Shown piece after piece: positions 59,222 through 64,000 of a stretch of DNA of 64,000 bases; within the stretch, counting starts at the first letter, position 1, and each line of letters begins with the position of its first letter. The notes under the pieces are model-generated. The model saw nothing but the letters and a program-made list of their open reading frames with translations, was not told the origin of the DNA and made no database searches. Source of the DNA: an uncultured Thermoleophilia bacterium (lineage in GTDB: Bacteria; Actinomycetota; Thermoleophilia; UBA2241); the NCBI GenBank assembly GCA_963715985.1, contig CAVQSP010000020.1, forward strand, positions 192,001-256,000, given 5' to 3'. Position numbers and translations under genes: made by a program.

Positions 59222-61328
59222 TCAGCGCACCGTCAGCCGTGCCTGGGCGACGCTGACCGCTCTGTTTGCGGCCGCGTCGGTCGCCTGCGCTCTCCAGGTG
59301 TACGCGCCCTTGGCCAGCGCCGCCTTGAAGCGATAGGTCAGCGCGACGTTCATCGGACGCGTGCCGAGGGCGATGGTCTTCACCGTCCTGCCGCTCGTGC
59401 GGATCTGGATGGCGACCGCAGCGACCCCACAGCTGGGCTGGTCGTCGTCCACGCGGAACCTGAGGGTCACCGTCTTGCCGGCCCTGACCGAGGCGGGCGA
59501 GGCACTCGTGCTCGGCACCGACGTGTCGATGTTCACGTACCCGGTCCGTGTGGTCTCCGCGGCGCCGAGCACGTCCACGGACGAATAGGCGACGAGGTGG
59601 CTGCCCGCCCCGGAGACCAGGAAGGGCGCGCCATACTGGGTCGCGGTCGCACCGTCGACCGAGAAGTCGGTGCGCGCCACCCCCGCGCCCGCATCCTTCG
59701 CCGTGAGCGTGACGGTGAGGGCGCTGTTGCGCCACGCGCTGGTGGCGCTGGACGCCAGCTCCGGGCTGGCCGTGGTCACCGGCGGGGCGAGGTCGATGTT
59801 GACGTAGGCGGTGTGGCCGGCCTCCGCGTTGCCGGCCGCGTCCACCGACGAGAAGACGACCGCGTGGCTGCCGCCGCCGGAGACGACGAACGGCGCGCCG
59901 TACACGGTAACGGCGCCGCCGTCCACGGTGTAGGTCGTCCGTGCGACCCCCGAGAGGTCGTCCGTAGCCGTGAGCGTCACGGTCAGGGCGCCGGAGATCC
60001 ACCCGCCGGTGGCGCCGGCTGAGAGCGGCGGGGACGCGACCGTGAGCGGCGGCACCTCATCGATGTTCACGTAGCCGCGGCGGGGGACCTCGGAGTTCCC
60101 GGAGGCGTCCACCGAGTAGTACGTGATGAGGTGGCTGCCGGGAGCGCTCACCGCAAAGGGGATGGTGTACACGAGGGGCTCGCCGCCGTCGACGGTGTAG
60201 AAGGTGGTCGCTATGCCTGAGCCGGCGTCACCTGCCGCCAGCGTCAGGGTGACGCCGCTGGCGCGCCATCCGGTGGTGGCGGTCTCGGCCAGCGCCGGCG
60301 AGACAGTGGTCACCGGCGCCAGTCCGTCGATGGACAGCTTGCGCACGGTGCTGTTGGCGGTGTCGGCCACGTACACGTCGCCGGCGGCGTCGCAGACAAG
60401 GCCCTGCGGGCCGCCGAAACGCGCCACGGAACCGGCGCCGTCGGCGCTGCCGGGATCGCCCGGGGAGCCGGCGAGCGTGACCACGCCCCCCGCCCCGTCG
60501 AGCTTGCGCACGCAGTCGTTGTCCGTGTCGGCCACGTAGACGGTGCCGGCGGCGTCACAGGCGACGCCGCCCGGATAACTGAGTCCGGCATCCGGGCCGG
60601 CGACGTCGCTCACAGCCGCCGCCGGGGGCGATGGCGACGATCCTGCTCCCGCCCGTGTCCGCCACGTACACGGTGCCGGACGAGCCCCAGGCCACGCCCA
60701 GCGGCGAGGTGAGACCGGCCGCGGGCCCTGCCACAGTCGTCACCACGCCGGCCGGCGTGATCTTGCGCACGGCGCCGTTCTCGGTGTCGGCCACGTACAC
60801 GTTGCCGGCGGCGTCGCAGGCCAGGCCCGCCGGGTAGCAGAACCGCGCCGCCGCGCCGGCGCCGTCGTCGCTGCCCTGTTCGCCCGACAGCCCGGCGAGC
60901 GTGCTCACGGCGCCTCCGGGGGCGATCCTGATGATCACGTGGTGGTACGTGTCCGCCACGTAGACGTTGCCGTCGGCGTCGCAGGCGACCCCCTGGGGAT
61001 AGCTGAGGCCCGCGGCCGCCCCGGCGATGGTACTGACCACCCCTTTGGGGGTGATCTTGCGCACGGCGTCGTTGTCGGTGTCGGCCACGTAGATGTTGCC
61101 GGCAGCGTCACACGCCACGCCGAAAGGCCCGCTGAACCTGGCTGCCGCGCCCGCCCCGTCGCTGCTGCCCGTGGCCCCGGCGGCCCCGGCAACCGTGGAC
61201 ACGGTCACGCCGGCCGCGGCGGCCCGCGGCGGCGCCGCGGCGGCCATGCACATGCATACGGCCAAGAGCACCACCAGACCCACCACGGACCCCGTGGCCG
61301 GCAGGTCCAGTCGTCGTGGGCGGCTCAC
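59222..61328 (-). CDS. Secreted NHL-repeat + Ig-like repeat surface protein; frameshift near 60612
   Basis: Signal peptide; repeats PxGVACDAAGNVYVADT; three APVTT..YTVDG..G.H....SVD.AGN repeats; C-terminal beta domain. Confidence 0.85.
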
Positions 61329-61544
61329 TCGAACACCTCCGGGGGATCGCCCGGCGGGGCGGCCGGGTGACGTTTGCGCCTGCGCCGTGCCCGTGGACGC
61401 GGTCAGGCAGATGTCCGTCTTCCAGATATCGGCAGCCGTGCGCCACATGCTTAGGCCCGCCGGCCGCCGCCACCGCGCCATGTGAGCGGGACGCCCGGAC
61501 GCTGACGGAGCCTCGGCGCGCCACGCCGCAAGGCACCGACGGCG

Positions 61545-61850
61545 TCAGTCGTTGCGAAGGGGTCCGACGCCGGCGAGCACGACCAGCGAGGCGACGTCCG
61601 CAGACGCGCTTACGCTGGAGACACAAGCTTCGCCGCGGTAGACACTGCCGTCGCGCGCGAACAGCGTCAGCAACATGGACGAACCTTGGGCGAGGTGCTG
61701 CTGGAACTCGTCGAGGTTCTCGGGCGACTCGACCCTGAGGCACCACGCGCCGGGGCAGCTGGACTCGTTGACGAGGCGAGCGCTGAGAAAGCCTATCTCG
61801 CGATGCTCGTGCTTGATCTTGAGCAACCGTCCCGCAGGTGTCTCGTGCAC
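61545..61850 (-). CDS. Hypothetical protein
   Basis: GAGGGGGAG SD; plausible composition; ends LAGVGPL. Confidence 0.55.
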   Translation of the reverse strand: MHETPAGRLLKIKHEHREIGFLSARLVNESSCPGAWCLRVESPENLDEFQQHLAQGSSMLLTLFARDGSVYRGEACVSSVSASADVASLVVLAGVGPLRND

Positions 61851-62109
61851 TGCCGTCTCCCCCTCATCGCTGCTTCTCTGGCACTCTTCCCCCGAGTCGG
61901 GGAGGCCAGACGCCGTGCGAGGAGAGGCACCGGTGCGACTCCACAGCCCTGCGGCTCAGGGGGACCGACAGCGACAGGCGGTCAGGGACGTATGAGCGTG
62001 ACGCTCAACACACGCATCGACCTGACCCGCCCACGCGCTACGCCTCGCCGGGGGCGCGGCGCTTGCAGGTCATGCGCGGGGCGCCAGACTGCCGGATCCA
62101 GCTCGCAAC

Positions 62110-62785
62110 TCAATCCAGATGCCTCTGGAGTCCATCCAGAATGAGGTCGAGCCCGAATTCGAAGTCGGCGCTTTCGTCGTAGCCATAGTTCATCGCGTAC
62201 TCGACGACCATCTCCCTGAGGTACGGGTACTCATCGGCGGGTATCGCACGCAGAAAGCCCTCCGCCACTTCCTCGGGCTTGATGTCGCGTTCGGCAGCCG
62301 TGTTGAGTTGCTGCCGACCGAAGCCGTAGATGTAGCTGTCGAGGACCGAGAACGCACGAGCGGCCAGTTCGAGCGAGAACCCGGCGCGCCGGAGGGTCCC
62401 CACCACCCAGTCGAAGTAGCGCAGCCTCGCCGGTCCGCTGCTCTCTCGAGAATCGATCAGACCGCTCGCCCACGGGTGACGAGAGAAGACCGACTGGGCC
62501 GAGATCGCCCTCCGGCGCATGGCCTCCCTCCAATCGACCGTGTCCGTGGGAAGCTCGATCTCGCTCACGACGAGGTCGACCATGCCGTCGAGGAGGTCGT
62601 CCTTGTTGGCCACGTGGTTGTACAGCGACATCGCCTCGACGCCGAGTCTCAGCCCGAGCTCGCGCATCGTGAGTGACTCGAGGCCGTCCTCGTCGGCAAG
62701 CAGGACGGCGGCGCGCGAGCACTCGCTCCCTGCTGAGCGGTACTCGGGACCCGGGACTCGGCGTGGGTCGTGTCGGCACGGGCAT
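62110..62785 (-). CDS. TetR family regulator (TetR_C type); frameshift near 62715
   Basis: PLSRERVL in one frame; ADEDGLESLTMRELG.RLGVEAMSLYNHV.NKDDLLD...FEFGLDLILDG in the other. Confidence 0.88.
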
Positions 62786-62816
62786 CTTCCTCCTCGGGCT
62801 CTGGCGTCCAAGCCAC

Positions 62817-62860
62817 TTGACATACTTACGGCGTAAGCATTACACTTACACTGTAAGTAT
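62817..62860. promoter_or_regulatory. Tandem TetR operator palindromes overlapping a promoter
   Basis: CTTAC-GGC-GTAAG (62825-62837) and CTTAC-ACT-GTAAG (62845-62857); TTGACA at 62817 and TACACT at 62841. Confidence 0.8.
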
Positions 62861-62914
62861 ACAGCTTACCCGTCTGAGCGGGAAGCGCAACATCTTCGAC
62901 GAGAGGAGACCGAG

Positions 62915-63658
62915 ATGAATTCGTCCGTCGGTGGGAGCAAGCGGCAACAGAGGGTGGGGGGCATGGCAGCACTCTACCTGGCTGCAGCCTTCGTGGTGGC
63001 GATGTTCTACTTCCTCGTGTTCGTCAAGTACCCGAGTGTGGTGGATCCCGTTGAGAAGGTGACCCTGCTCGTGAGCAACCACGACAGCATGCGGGTCATG
63101 TATCTGGTCACGTACGTCATCTTCGGCATCGTGCTGGCCGTCCTGGCGCTGGCGCTCCACGCACGCCTGAAGGACGAAGCCCCGGCCTTGGCTCAGGCGG
63201 CGACCGCCGTGGGACTCATATGGGCCTTCGTGCTCGTTGCGAGCGGGTTGATCTTCAACGCCGGCGCGGCGGCGGTCGTCGGGCTCCACGGCACCAGTCC
63301 GGACCAGGCCGTGGCGGCCTGGCAGGCGATCGAGCCCGTGGCCCAAGGCCTCGGCGGATCCGGCGGTGAGCTGCTCGGCGGTCTGTGGGTCCTGCTCGTG
63401 AGCGTGGCTGCTCTGCGCACCAGGGGACTGCCCAAAGTGCTGAACTGGTTCGGAGTGGCGATCGGCGTCGTGGGTGTCCTCTCAGTCGTGCCGGCACTCA
63501 ACGAAGTGGCGTACGGCTTCGGGCTGCTGGAGATCGTGTGGTTCGTGTGGCTGGGCATCGTCATGCTGCGCACGAGGTCACGCGTCGCCGCTCCGGCGAG
63601 GCAGAGAGCTGAGGCCCTCGAGCCAGGGAGTAGCTTCCTGCCTTCCACTTCGCTCTAG
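62915..63658 (+). CDS. DUF4386-like multi-TM protein
   Basis: GGMAALY..., LGGSGGELLGGLW, LPKVLNWFG, IVWFVWLG; divergent from TetR. Confidence 0.7.
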   Translation: MNSSVGGSKRQQRVGGMAALYLAAAFVVAMFYFLVFVKYPSVVDPVEKVTLLVSNHDSMRVMYLVTYVIFGIVLAVLALALHARLKDEAPALAQAATAVGLIWAFVLVASGLIFNAGAAAVVGLHGTSPDQAVAAWQAIEPVAQGLGGSGGELLGGLWVLLVSVAALRTRGLPKVLNWFGVAIGVVGVLSVVPALNEVAYGFGLLEIVWFVWLGIVMLRTRSRVAAPARQRAEALEPGSSFLPSTSL

Positions 63659-63768
63659 CAACGGCATGCAGCAGAGAGCGCGCCCCGCTCGGGTACTCTG
63701 GACAAGGGAGACGTCGGGGCGCGCTCCAGCTGATGCCGAAACACGTCGGACAGGCCAGGTGAGGCACG

Positions 63769-63963
63769 ATGATCAAGGTCAGCATGCGCTCTGCCGCGCG
63801 AGAGGACGAGCAGTTCCTCTCCTCGGTGTACTGCGGCAACATGCGCCACGTGGTCGAGCAGACGTGAGGCTGGGATGACGCGTGGCAACTCGCTGAGTTC
63901 AGAGTGACGCAGGTCGAACCGCCCTTCGTGCGCATGCGCCATGACACGCGGTCGGCTGACTGA
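63769..63963 (+). pseudogene. GNAT acetyltransferase remnant
   Basis: MRSAAREDEQFL...MRHVVEQT*GWDDAWQ with TGA at an expected Trp, then short tail VEPPFVRMR; core missing. Confidence 0.5.
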
Positions 63964-64000
63964 GACGCGCACCGAGCAGAACGCCCGATGGTCTGCCGCG

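Noticed and set aside
63865-63867. In-frame TGA as selenocysteine
   Set aside because: Context (EQT*GWD) points to a Trp TGG>TGA change in a deleted GNAT remnant, not a Cys-equivalent site.

Overview
This is a very GC-rich bacterial window. Gene style suggests Actinomycetota, probably Thermoleophilia-like and anaerobic or microaerophilic (inference only). It holds about 55 mostly accessory and housekeeping genes: DNA repair (DnaQ-DinG fusion, UDG-like, DUF2779, sbcDC, MutY-like), an MNT-HEPN toxin-antitoxin pair, hisG, redox/Fe-S proteins, secreted surface proteins, a PlsA/PlsR-like activase/reductase pair and a radical SAM enzyme. I saw no rRNA, tRNA, CRISPR array or transposase. The top candidate for an undescribed system is 54608-59179. 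There, a sigma28-like promoter and a c-di-GMP-I riboswitch precede a secreted S8 protease ending in 12 Trp-periodic pentapeptides (WTKYK), followed by a multi-TM PP2C phosphatase, an anti-sigma-type kinase and a STAS protein. Second is a set of 45-58 aa small ORFs mostly missed by the ORF track (8430, 43562, 43725, 44082), each unit behind a promoter with a Rex/CRP-type operator next to the -10 box. The window also has several genes collapsed by large internal deletions and about 8 single frameshifts that are probably sequencing errors. All family assignments come from motif recognition by eye, not database searches.
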